Positions 1 to 12,124 are shown, counted from the whole stretch's first letter. The stretch: DNA of 63,901 nucleotides, filler included, from Reticulomyxa filosa (GCA_000512085.1; 19 parts of 19 records of this genome joined end to end with filler, not necessarily neighbours in it); one strand, 5' to 3'. The notes: generated by a model not told the origin, from the letters alone. Program-made: numbers and translations.

Positions 1-36
<36 letters not shown>

Positions 37-114
37 CAAATAAAGAAACAAATAATAATAAAAAAAAAGTTATTATTGATGCTTTGTGTGAAATTGTTCC
101 AAATGAGAACAAAG

Positions 115-553
115 TTATACTTGACTCATGCGAGTTCGTCTTCGAGTAGTAAATCTTGGGCGGTGTTGAATGGGGTTGGTGGAATGTTGAGTGACAGTAC
201 TTTTAGTCCTAGAAGTTCGCTTGTGGAAATGCTTGTTTTTCAGTTGTGATGCCTTGGCATCAGCCAATTGATTCAAAGCATTTACCCAAGACATACATTC
301 TTCTGGTGTTTGTGTGACCATGAAGATTGGAACATCCGAACAAAGTGTGTGATTATACGGAGAAGAAGCAGAAGAAGTGGACAAAGTTGGCGAAAGGGTA
401 TGCTCTTCATAAAGAGACAAGGTTGTGCAAGGCTTCAATACCACTACGAATAAACAACTTTGAATAGATTTATTTCTGTCCATATCGTCGCAAAGAGATT
501 GCGGATAACGGTGCAACATGTTACAATTTTGCACTCCATTCGCTTGTTTATCT

Positions 554-587
<34 letters not shown>

Positions 588-1088
588 CGTCGTCACTTGG
601 ACGATACACATAGCAAATATCCGCCATATTTATCTTCTCCGCTTTACTTTTGTGTGGAATATGCTTGCAGGCGCTATCTAGGGACTGATCCATGGAGCCA
701 TCAACAACAACAACGTCTTTCAATATGATTTGACTACAATCCGAGGTGATGCGCACGTGCTTGACCTGCTTTTCAATTTCGAGGTCGCTTGCTTTGGATG
801 CGTCCATTTCATTTTTATCGGAGCACTTTGGATGATGGGCAGTGGTTTTCTTTTGTTTCGGCATGGCCATCTTTGCTCCATACAACGTGATAAAAATGCC
901 ATCCATCAGTATGGCTATCTTTGTGTTGTCGACCAATTCGCATTGAATGGCAAACTCTAAGCAATGGTTCACAAAATATCGCTGCAATTGATTCCACTCT
1001 TGGATAAGATTTTCTTCATTGCCATTGTTGTTGGAATTTATGGCAACAATATTATTATTGTTATTATTATTATTATTATTATTACCAC

Positions 1089-1155
<67 letters not shown>

Positions 1156-1816
1156 GTTACTATTATTCTTCTTGCCCTTCTTTTGTGCAAGAAGCGCTCG
1201 CATATGACTGAAATCCATGCAATAGTCATTGACATCATTGACACAGCGCGACGAATCGTACATCCAAGCATTGCACAGGATTCGCAGAATCCAAACCAAG
1301 TGGTATTCGCTGCGATCGTCGAGCGTTTGTATCGTGTTGACGTATTTCAACAAGGTGGGTATCAAGCCAATGCTAAGCAGATAGTCACAAGGTTGGCGAT
1401 AGATAGTCATTCGATTCAAGAGCTCCAACAGCTGGCCAATGGTGTATTGGAAGTGGCTGTTTTGACGTTCCATTAAGAAGTTGAGGAATTGAATGCCATG
1501 GCAGCGACTCAGTTTCGCCGCATGTTGTTCTCCGCCGTCGCTGGACCGATCGTGGGATATCTGCTGCAGCAGACAGTCGTGGACGTTGAGTTGGAGCCAT
1601 GAGCTTTTGTGTTGTTCGAGTTGACGAGCGTCGTTCTCTTCCAGTGTGAAGCGATCGAAGGAGTACTCGCGTTCGACGACGCCAAGTTTGGACTCGATTT
1701 CGGACTCTGTTCCTGACTCGGACGAATATTTTTCTTGGAGTAGTTGTGTGTCAAGAGATAAGAGAGATGAAGATGGGACTTTGTTATGAGTGCCAACATG
1801 AGGAACAGAGTGTTTC

Positions 1817-1862
<46 letters not shown>

Positions 1863-4007
1863 TATTATTATTATTAAGTTCAATTGGAGTATTGCTTTGC
1901 TTTATTGATATTCTCTTTTGATGGTAAATGCTCAGACGCGGATGCAATCGCAAGCAGGTGACGCATTGTTTGATTTTGGAGTAACTCCAAGACAGCCCAT
2001 ACTCTTTCAGCAACGCGTAGATGTTATCATTGTCCATGTGTGGAAACAGATCGTTTAGCAGACACCACATTTCATTGAGAAGTATTTGCACCTCTGTTTT
2101 GTCGCGTCTCTCGTCGTCTGCGTTCTTGGCATCCCACGTGTCCACGATACCAATGTACTTGTGCAGCACGGGGATGTTGACGCTCAGCAGACGGCCTTCC
2201 AGCATTTGCGTGATGCAGTAGTTGTTCACGCAGAGCATCCGAAGGATGATTACACACTGCTTGGTTACCTGCAGCGAATTCCTCGTCGTCGTGGCGTCTG
2301 TGGAGTGCTGTTCGTTGTGCCACTCCATTAGTTTGAACAACACGGTGTGATAGTCGCGCTTTACAAACGACGCGATTTCCTTTTGTTTGATCGCGTCATT
2401 GTCTCCGTTTGTTGTCGTTGTCGTTGTCGTTGTTGTCATTGTTGTTGTTGTCGTCGTCGTCGTCGTTGTCGTTATCGTTTGCCACATCTGCTGAATGCAA
2501 ATGAGCAGCGATATGTGTATTTCCTGTCTCATGTGCAGCTGCTTCTTTTCCTTATCTGCTCTCCGTTGCGACATCAATGAAGCAGGAGCAATGTCTGGGA
2601 TGTGCTCACGACACGTTCTTACAAACAGTTCAATGACATCGCACGAGCTGCGAAGCAAGCGTTGCAGCACATGGCTATGCGACAAGTTGGACAACAATAC
2701 ACTGGTTTGATGGACAATTTCCACATAGTTCATGTACATCATACTCGCTTTAATACACACGTCTACCAATGTTTGTACAATATCACCTGATGACAATGGC
2801 GATGGTAATGGCAATGATGATGATGATGATGATGATGATGATAATTGTGGATGAATCTCTGATATTGACAATAACGACGATGACGATGACGATGATGATG
2901 ACGATGACGACTCGATTGACTCGTTTTTCTTCTTTGTATGCAAATGTTCCAAATACTGCAAATGCGTTAGATACGTTGTCATTTGTGACAAGCACATTAA
3001 CGCCTCGCCAATGATATGCAAGTCTTTGCCACCACTCGATGTAGCTGTGCTTGTGGCTGTTGTGCCAGTGGTTGCAATTGTTGCTGTCGCTGCGGATGCT
3101 GATGCTATTGATGTTGTTGTTGTTGTTGGTGTTGCTGTTGATGTTACTGTTCCTCCTATTGTTATTGCTGTTGCTGTTGCTGTTGCTGCTATTGAAGTTG
3201 TTGTCGTTGTTGTTGTTGTTGCTGTTGTTGCCACTGCTGCTGCTGCTGCTGCTGCTGCTGCGGCCATCGTCGTCGTGGACGAGGACACTGCAAGGGACGT
3301 ACTCCTTTTTGGTAAAGCATGCACGGATGCAAGTGAGTGCATGCGAAGGGAAGACTGCTTTTTCTCTTTGGACATTTGTTCCTGCATGCAAGACTGGATT
3401 ACCAAAAGACAGGCTTCCAATCCACGACTTTGCAGGACCAAGTGATTCAGCTTTTCATGGTATTGCAACATGGACAGTAGCAATGGAAATACAAACTCGC
3501 ACAGCGTCTTGTCTTTGGAATGGTTGCGGATCAGGACGTCGACGATACAGCCAATGGCGCCGATGGGACTGCTCACGCATGCGTGAGAGCTGGATCGCTG
3601 GTCCACGGCGCTGTCGCTTGGGGACAGCGGGGATGTGACCAAGGACAGCAAGATTTCCATATTGCCACGATACGTTAACAGATGCTGCAAAATGTAGCAG
3701 CATTTGTGAATGATTTCGATATCTTCTCGATTGGCGCTATGAATCTTTATAATTTCCAACAGCACTGCTATCGTGCCATTGCTCCCAAGCAGTTTTTTCA
3801 TCTCCTGCAGCTGTTGGACGGATTGATGTTCATTCCGTATCAAATTGTACAACAGCTTGAGCATTTGCAAATAGATCTCTTTGTCATCTTTGGAATGTGG
3901 TTTGCCAATTGAGACTGGGAATTGGACGTCCAAAGGGACAAATCGAAATAGTTGTGACATGAACATTACACGATTGCTGCAACGACTGAGCGCCTCTGGC
4001 AGCGATA

Positions 4008-4041
<34 letters not shown>
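115..4041 (-). CDS. Large helical (ARM-like) repeat protein with C-terminal PH-like domain and long homopolymer tracts; 5' partial
   Basis: The 1283-aa ORF (115..3966) stays open up to the contig end at 4041. It has Leu-rich amphipathic helices (NGTIAVLLEIIKIH, AIGCIVDVLIRNH, GLEACLLVIQ) and a PH-like ending (KHVRITSDCSQIIL...INMADICYV...IFMVTQTPEECMSWVNALNQL). Poly-A/T/S/N runs are present. Confidence 0.75.
1048..1168. repeat. (ATT/AAT)n microsatellite encoding poly-Asn; similar tracts throughout
   Basis: Seen directly. Other tracts lie at about 1820-1876, 4008-4041, 16733-16783, 21455-21505 and 46666-46703. Several contigs end inside such repeats. Confidence 0.95.
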
Positions 4042-4141
4042 NNNNNNNNNNNNNNNNNNNNNNNNNNNNNNNNNNNNNNNNNNNNTTAATTAATTAANNN
4101 NNNNNNNNNNNNNNNNNNNNNNNNNNNNNNNNNNNNNNNNN
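4042..4141. other. Artificial contig-joining spacer (N44-TTAATTAATTAA-N44); first of 18
   Basis: Identical 100-nt spacers start at 4042, 11931, 15761, 17339, 18446, 20854, 27167, 28713, 29927, 32505, 35297, 44247, 45532, 46704, 48758, 52783, 58517 and 62731. TTAATTAATTAA places stops in all six frames. Confidence 0.99.
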
Positions 4142-4218
4142 TTTTTTTTTTTTTCCCCCCCCCCCCTTTTTTTTTTTTTTTTTTTGTTCCAAAAACATGA
4201 ATGTACTACATACTTTAG

Positions 4219-5023
4219 CTGACGTGGCAAAAATCACTGGCTGTAGTTATATCCGTAGCAGGGGTTGCTTTGATTTCCTTCTCGTCGGAGGTCGGCTCTC
4301 TCTTTATCTCTCTCTCTCTTACATATCACTCACTTTTGTTTAAAAGAATACAAAATGATAATGATAGAGCGATGGACAATCCAATACTGCATTTGGCTTG
4401 ATAATGTGTGTTCTGTCAACTTTCATATACGCAGTGCTGGAGTTAATGTGCGCACGTTTCAGCGTGTGGTACTTTCCCCCAGAGTATCAAACGCGCTATT
4501 CTCTGCTGTTTCAGGGGCTTTCTGGTCTTTGGTGTTTTGTCGCTGCATGGCCGATTTTATTCATTTGGAATGCGTTACGTTGCATTCCCTTCTACGTACA
4601 TATACATATATATATATATATATGTACGTATGCACGCATATATGTACGTTTGTGGTGGGGGGGGGGGAAAAAAAAAATAGAATCGGATGGGAAAAATTGA
4701 CATTTCCTGGTCCCAAGGCATGGGGGAATATTTTGTTGATGGCGTTTTTGGATTGTTTATTTTTTTTCGCGTTGCTATTGGGCACAGTGTGCACAAACCC
4801 AGTATTAATTGCAACTGGCAGTCTGCTCGTCGTCCCCGTGTCGTTTTTGCTGGATGTGCTGGTGCAACATAACTCGGTCACTTTGGCAAGTCTCGGTGGC
4901 GCTCTCATGATCTGCTTGGGCTTTTTGCTCATGGAATTACCTGTTTTTGATTACATCAAAAGTCGCTTCCTTCGTCACAAACCTGCACTAGGCTCTCACT
5001 CGTACTCCCATTTGCCCCATTAG
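4219..5023 (+). CDS. SLC35F-like (EamA/DMT) transporter, C-terminal part; exons 4219-4290, 4368-4573, 4681-5023
   Basis: The spliced product is multi-TM: LTWQKSLAVVISVAGVALISF...AFGLIMCVLSTFIYAVLE...WNAIGWEKLTFP...LGTVCTNPVLIATGSLLVVPVSFLLDVL...LGGALMICLGFLLM. This fits the SLC35F3/F4/F5 pattern. GT-AG introns restore the frame. Confidence 0.75.
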
Positions 5024-5434
5024 CTTATCATTTTTTTTTTTTTTTTTTAAGAACATTCTTTTTTTTTTTTTTTTTTGTGGCTGCTTCTTTTTATGTGCTG
5101 GGACTGTATGTTCAATTGTTTCTCTTTTTTTAAAAATTTTTTTCTGTTTCTGTTTTTGAAATGAAACATTTTTTGTTGTTGTTGCAGCAAAAAACGAACT
5201 ACTTTTGTTTTTCACACGTTATAACTTCGTTTTTTTCTCGCGGTTCATTGTTGCCACTATCTCGTAAATTAACTTTTTAAAAAAAATCACACAATTTGCT
5301 TGGAATAGTAGGAAAAAAGAAAACATAGCAAAACCAGTTCGGTTAGACGAAAAGAATATTTGTTTAAAAATAGCCTAACGTTTTTTGTTACTATATATAG
5401 ATTTTTTTTTTTTTTCCCTTTCTTGCTGTATGCA

Positions 5435-7212
5435 ATGAGTAAAAAATCCATAAAGCCGCTTCTGTTGCTAAAGGTCTTTTGGTTAGTAATAATCTTGTGC
5501 AACCTGTTGTATTTCCTCTGGTATGGATTTCCAGTAGCAGACGTGAGAGAGATAGGATTGGTGAGCGTGAGCAGCACGGGACATTTGAACGGGAATGCGC
5601 ACCAGAATGTAGGAAGCGTTTTTATGCACAGTAATAGAGAACGAGCAGGAGGAAGCCTGCGAGGAGCCAAGGAAGATATGAGCCCCAGCGACAAAGATGA
5701 CAACGAAGAAAAAGAAGAAGAAAACCAACAACAGCAACAACAGCAACAACAGCAGCACCAACAACAACAACAACAACAAAGCAATGAGAACGAGAGACAA
5801 GCAGTGAAGCGTCAACTACGTAGCCGACAAGACCGAATGAACTGTAGCATTCCAATCGGGTTTCCAGGAGGGCCCCCGAAGGCGAAGCGCCTGACAAAGA
5901 TCTGCAACAACCTGATGGTGTTCAGTATCAACTGCAACATAACGAAAGAGAAGAAAGGGTGCGAGCAGTGCATTCCGCCCAACAGCAACGAGGGCTGGGC
6001 GAACGAAATGACACGAAAGTTCCAAACGAAGGAGTTGGAAATGCGAGCAAAGCGGAGACAAGAATTGGCGCAGATCATCACGAATCACTTGCATTTGCGA
6101 TCGGTCGACGACGAGAGCATCGTGGTGTTCACAATAAATTCTGGGTATACGTACCTGTTTGTCAACTGGGTTTGTGGATTGGAAGCGCTGGGCATTGCGA
6201 AGAATATTCGCGATACCACAATTGTCGTCACCACCGATAGCGACTCGGAGACACTCGTCCGATCGATGGGGTTTCAGGTTGTTCGTGGAGATTGGCTTGA
6301 CTTGCGCATCCCCGAAGACGCTGCCGAACAGTTTGCCTTGGGCGCTCATCGCTTGGTCGTCGCCTTACAAATTGTGTATACGTTTGACCTCGTCGACATG
6401 GGCTACAATGTGCTCCAACAGGACACAGACGTTGTGTGGCTCAAAGACGTGCGCAGCTACTTTTATCGCACCTTTGACGACATTGAAATGCCTTGCGATG
6501 GCCGTCTCGACAATGTCGGCCCTGGCAATTCCGGATTCATTCACATTCGTAGCAACTGCAAAACGAGGGTATTCATGCGTACCATGATTCATTACATTGG
6601 GCTCGTTTTACGTGGTCGCAGTGATCAAAGAGTTCAAATACTTTTAACGACTTCTTTTTTTTTTTTTTTAAAAAAAAAAAGAAAATATATTTATATAACA
6701 AAATGTATACGTATGTCCATTGCAACTTAGGTGTGGAATATGATGCTAATGGAGGTATAAAAATTTTTTTGATTGTCATATCCCTCTCTCCTTCCCCCCT
6801 TATTTCTTATCCCTTGTTATTAATTTTTTTTTTTATGACAAAAAAATTTTTGCTTTGATATGTACAACACAAATGACGGTTCAAAAAAAAATAAAAATGG
6901 AAGTATGACTTTCGACAAATATTGTTTGAACTGTTGCCGCCGGATAAGTTTGCTGGGGGCCACCAGTGGGGCAATGGACGCAAAAAAGGGGACAAACTGT
7001 CGAAAGACACTTGGTTTTTACACAGCTCTTGGACCTCATCGCACAGCGAAAAGGTAACCAAATTTGAAATGCTAGGGGTTTGGTTTCTGAACAAAAACTG
7101 TCCCTTCTTTCAACCCGATCTGACCCCTTCACACATTGAGCCCAAGTACTATTGGGGGCCTCACAACTGGACTTGGACTTTTCCTGATCCTGCTGAAAAG
7201 CAGTGGTGGTAA
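5435..7212 (+). CDS. Nucleotide-diphospho-sugar transferase (GT77-like), type II membrane; exons 5435-6631, 6731-6754, 6904-7212
   Basis: N-terminal TM anchor and poly-Q stem, then motifs NSGYTYLFVNW, GYNVLQQDTDVVW (DxD), NSGFIHIRSN, SDQR|VWN and HSSW...KVTKFEMLGVWFL. Confidence 0.88.
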
Positions 7213-7841
7213 CGCTGCACACAAAGGCCATAAACCAGTGTGGCCTCATTTTGTTGAAGCAGTCCCTCTTTGGTAAAGAGAGTGTCATAACCACCTTCAA
7301 AGGTGTTCATTCACAAAGAACGACATTGATTTGACTTGATAAGAAGCGCTGTAAAAATATACTTTGGCAAAGACGAGCAAAGGCTACAAAAAACACGCCA
7401 GCAACTGCGCGATAAAAACAATTAGAATATATGATTTTACTTGTCTAGGGTGCTTCCTTGGTTTTTGTTTGTTTTGTCTTTACGAGTTATCCTAAATGTA
7501 ATGCTTTTTTTAAATCTTTATTTTTATTTTTGGTATCATTTGTGAAGCATTTCTCTACATTGCGACTAACTTGCCATTATGGGCATTTTTTCTTGTGCCT
7601 TGTAAATTTGGTCAACCGAAGTCTTCAAATACAAAAAAAATTGGACCACCTTCCATGGTTTTTGCTGAAGCATTAACTGGTTTTCGTTACAACAATAACA
7701 AAGATCTGGTTTTTCATTTCAAACACAATTAACAAGCAGCTTGACGTCAGTGGAAAGATTGTGTCGCTTATTTCGAGAAGTGTGGGAGATTATTATATAT
7801 TTTGTTTCGTTTCAAATAACTTTTGCCGAAACTAAATAAAA

Positions 7842-10209
7842 ATGGCAGAAGACGGAAGGCAAACCCAACTTGAAGAGTTGAAAGAACTCGTTACCAAAAC
7901 GTTGGAGAAACGCGGAGTTTTAGCCAAAATTCAAGTCCTACAAAAAAAAAAAAAAAGCAAAAATAGAAACAAAAGTTTGTACGCTGTTATGTCATTGTAA
8001 CTAATCAAAATAAGGCTCAATTACGCAAAGACTTATACAGCACCTTGATTGAGCAAGAAAACACAAATCACAGCGTGACCGTCCCAAAACTATTTAAAGA
8101 TGATTTTGACTTTCTTTCGTTTTCTTTGATCAAAGAATATTTGACATTTCACCACTTGGACTACACATTGTCAATATTTGAAGTGGAGTCTCAAACAGTT
8201 TCAAAACATCTTTTTTTTTTTCTCCCTCTCACAAAGTCGTGAGTTAGTGCAAGGAGCACAAGGAGTTATATATGTATGCGTGGTGTGCATAAGAGTGTGT
8301 GTGTGCATGTGATGTACTTCTATGCACTATTTTTGCAGAAATCAGACATAAAAGTATTGCAAAAAGGAGAAATTGCAGCCAAATTAAATTTAGGGACTCA
8401 AAAATCAAATGAAAATTATCCTTTGCTCCATTTATTAGTTGAAAAGGCTTGCAACAACATATTGACAGGCGCAAACAATGCCTCTTCTGGGGCAAACAGT
8501 GTGACCAATAGCTGTTCAAATTTGATTGCTTTTAACTCAGATGCAATTGTCATCTCACAAACTTTGCCTATGTCGGATCCACCATTGTTAGATAACTCCA
8601 AAACTCCATTAAAGTTTCAGCCTCGCCAACTCAGCTCTAAATCCATTGAAACTAATTTAAACACAAACAATGGCCCAAGTAAGTCGGTTGTTTCCAAAGA
8701 CGACACAACCTCGTCGCAAACAAAGTCCCAATTCGCACACAAAGACCAAACTACTGAAGACTATCAAAAGGACGTTTCAAAAGATGACCATCACGATCAC
8801 GTCACAAGCAAACTTTTTTTAAAACATCATAGTAGTTTGGTTTTTGTTTAGTAAAAGTTGTATTTATTTATCCCATTAATGAATTTTTTTTTTTTCAACA
8901 AATTTATATAGTATTAATTATTTCATAGTTTTTTTTTTTGCCCGAAAGGGATAGATTGATAAAAAAAGTATGAAAAAATGTGCAAGATGTCGATAATAGG
9001 AGATGTTGATTGTATTGACAGGTATTTTGAACAACTCAAAGTCGTCCAGTGCATCTCCAAAGAAAGAACCAGGAACAGGGTCACCTTCACCTTCGACGAC
9101 TCCTTTGCCCTCAAAAACAGTGCCTCCGTTGATAATTGAGAGTAACAAAACAAACTCGGAGACCATAACTCCAAACTCATCACCCTCAAGAAAAATGGTA
9201 CGGTTCAGTGATGGAGACGTTGAAATTGACGGAAAGAATACAAACAAAGCAAGCTTTGCTCAGAAGACCAGCCCAAAAGACGAACCACGAAACAGTGTAT
9301 TGAGCAAAGCAGCAGAAAAACAATTAGGCGTAGTCAGACAAATTACAGACACCGCGTTGGATGACGCACAGAACTTAATTCAACAACTACTTAATGAACA
9401 CAGTGACTTGCGGGATGAAAAAACAAATAGTTACTCAAGTGCACAAAATGAAAAGGGCAAAAGTGATAGCTTGTCACAATTTGCTAACAATATTGTTGGA
9501 GACGGTGCTGGAAACAAAAACCAAAAAAGTTCACTGCCCCCGTTGGGCGTACTTGGAAAAAATCTTTTGAGTGTCCAGATGGAAAAGGCACTGGAACAAA
9601 AACAAAAGAATAAAAAAGAGAAAGATTTTCAAGAAGGTATTTATTTTTGTATAAACAGAGATCTGATTTCGCTTTTTTAAGAAGAACGAATTTTTTATAG
9701 CTTTGCGCGACCTACTGGGATCAGACGACGCTGACGAAGAAAACGAAAGTTAATAGTGATTTTTAGAAAATATTGCTTCTAATATCTGACAAATGTATGC
9801 AATTTGGTTGCTTAGATGACAAGAGTGAGCCTGCATCGGACAATAATTACTCTAGGTATTGTTACAATCTCTTGTCTGAAAAGTTCACTTATTTTCCCTG
9901 GCGAAACACTCACGCGTTTTTACTTTTCACTTTGAATGTAGTGACAACAATGAAATTGACGAAAGTGAAGATTTAAATGAATTAAATGGCGATTCTTCAG
10001 AACATGATGACACCTATGAAGCTCAGGTTTGTTAGAATTCGCTACTAGCATATATTTGTAATTTCTCTTATCAAACATTACACTTTTGTTTAAAAAAGTT
10101 GAAAAAGGTCAGAAAAGTGAGCGGCGAAAATGATCTTAACAATCTCGCCGATGTAACTGTCCGCGTTGATACTTCTGAAATTTCAACAGGAAAGCCTTCG
10201 ACTGATTAA
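7842..10209 (+). CDS. CEP43: FOP/FGFR1OP (CEP43)-like centrosomal LisH protein, multi-exon
   Basis: Across intron 7935-8014 the N-terminus reads MAEDGRQTQLEELKELVTKTLEKRGVLAKIQ|AQLRKDLYSTL...SLIKEYLTFHHLDYTLSIFEVES, which is the TOF/LisH (FOP_dimer) signature. A long S/P/acidic tail follows, which fits FOP rather than the short FOR20. The 3' exons are approximate. Confidence 0.75.
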
Positions 10210-10810
10210 AGCTTACAAATATCTATACATACAAAACACACCCTTTTAAAACACTTAAGCTTAAAAAAGTTGTGAATTTCAAAAAATTGCTCTATTTAAT
10301 TTTCTCTTTGAATTACTTAATATAGTTTTCCTTAAAATGGTTTTGCGTATTTTATTTTCAAATTGAAACTAAAATAAAAACGAAGAAGCTGGTTTCAACT
10401 TTCTTTCAAAAACGTTTCAACAGTGCTTTTTTGTTAACTCGGGCACTTTCTCCTTTTTTGGTACCACGTGTTCATAGTTTAGGCTTGTATTTACCTTTTT
10501 GTTTTCAAATACAATTCAGTAAAGGATATGTTTTTCTTATTTTGGTCCATATTGCTTCTCGGTCTATTAACAAAAAAATATTTCTTGAAAAAAATTTTAT
10601 GTATGGTCCTTGGACAAAAACAAAACAACAATTCGTAGAAGTCACAGTTTAGCAATGACACATCCAATGAAATGTTATGGAAAAGTTATTAGGAAATTGG
10701 TAGAACAAAAATACGGTTATGGTTTCAGTAACCATCGTATGAATACCTTTATTGATAGTGTTGATATATGCAGTTATATTGTTGTAGGTAATGTGAAATG
10801 CCTTGGAGGA

Positions 10811-11930
10811 ATGCAAAATAACAATAATTTATCTGAAACAAGCCGCAGATTTGAAAAAGAGACTAAAATAATGGTTCGATTATTTGGAGATGCGATTAAC
10901 AAAGAAGAGTTGCAACAAAAAATTGAAAGTTATAATGGAAATATCGAATTGGTGTTTAAAGAACTTGTTCAACGATCCATTGAAAATGAGGTACACACTT
11001 AACACATATATATATTTTTTTTTCAATTGTCTAATTTTATCTTTTTGCATACATCGATATGAATACGTAAACAAAAGGACAATCTAGAAGCAGAAAGCAA
11101 GACAGACGAACCGAACAATAAAGAACAGGTGCAACATTGTTTATTTATTTTAGGTAAATAATTATTTTTTATTAATAACAAAAATAACAGCAAAGAATCG
11201 AAGCGACTGAAAACACCAATAATAAAAGTGTACAAAAGGAAATAGAAAAAACTGAAGTTGGAGAAACAAAACCAGGAATTAATTTGCAAGGATATTGCAA
11301 TAACGAAACCTGTTTAGCGTCAAAAGCCAAATTACCAGTATGGGTGAATATTGGATTTGATAATATTACATTTATATCAGACAAGGCATCGTTTAATTGT
11401 CCTGATTGTAAGAAATCAACTGTCAATGCAATTGTCAAAGCCATGTTTTATAACTCGGAGCATTCCATTTGTACAAGTGGTGATTCAATACCTGTGAATG
11501 ATAATAATTATCAATGTTCATATTCAATTAAATCTGGACTATCTTATGAATTGAAAGCAAGCAAAATAAGACAACATGCAAAGAATATTGAAGATTTGAG
11601 AGAACGAAGTGAAAATGCAATGAACAGTATTGAGATTAAAAATTTAGTAACAGAATTACAGAAATATGAGATTACTGTTGTGAAACCTCCTAGTTTGAAA
11701 GGAAATGAAAGATTATTGGAAAAGATTCAAGCAGATTATGGTGGTGATTTTAATCAAGCATTTGATATTGGAAGATTTACTATTTTATGTGATAATCCAA
11801 CCAAATTACAAACTGCCGTTGCGGTGATGAAGAAGGCAGAACAATTCAATTTGATTGTATCTGAAGATAAAGACTTCTTTGGTGAAAAATCAAAGACACA
11901 TCATCGATTCCATAATATTAAATTGTATGT
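10811..11930 (+). CDS. CUE-like + Cys4 Zn module + RelA/SpoT-like nucleotidyltransferase domain protein; 3' partial
   Basis: Exons are about 10811-10990, 11079-11128 and 11191-11930. Segments: LFGDAINKEELQQKIESYNGNIELV (CUE/UBA-like); PGINLQGYCNNETC...GF...FNCPDC; SLKGNERLLEKIQADYGGDFNQAFDIGRFTILCD...DFFGEKSKTHHRFHNIKLY (RelA/SpoT SYNTH-like motifs). Confidence 0.75.
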
Positions 11931-12124
11931 NNNNNNNNNNNNNNNNNNNNNNNNNNNNNNNNNNNNNNNNNNNNTTAATTAATTAANNNNNNNNNNNNNN
12001 NNNNNNNNNNNNNNNNNNNNNNNNNNNNNNAACTTATCATAAAACCAATTTCATATTTAAAAACTATAAGATTAATAGATATTTTTAAAAAAAAATAGGT
12101 TTAAATCTTTATTTTTCATTGAGA

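Noticed and set aside
964-3638. Plus-strand ORFs with poly-Ile, Leu, Val, Met and Cys
   Set aside because: They are antisense or shifted-frame readings of triplet repeats within the real minus-strand gene.
4086-4097. Recurrent TTAATTAATTAA flanked by Ns, superficially a regularly spaced repeat array
   Set aside because: Artificial concatenation linker. ORFs running into it (X-runs, 'LIN' endings) and gene neighbourhoods across it are artefacts.
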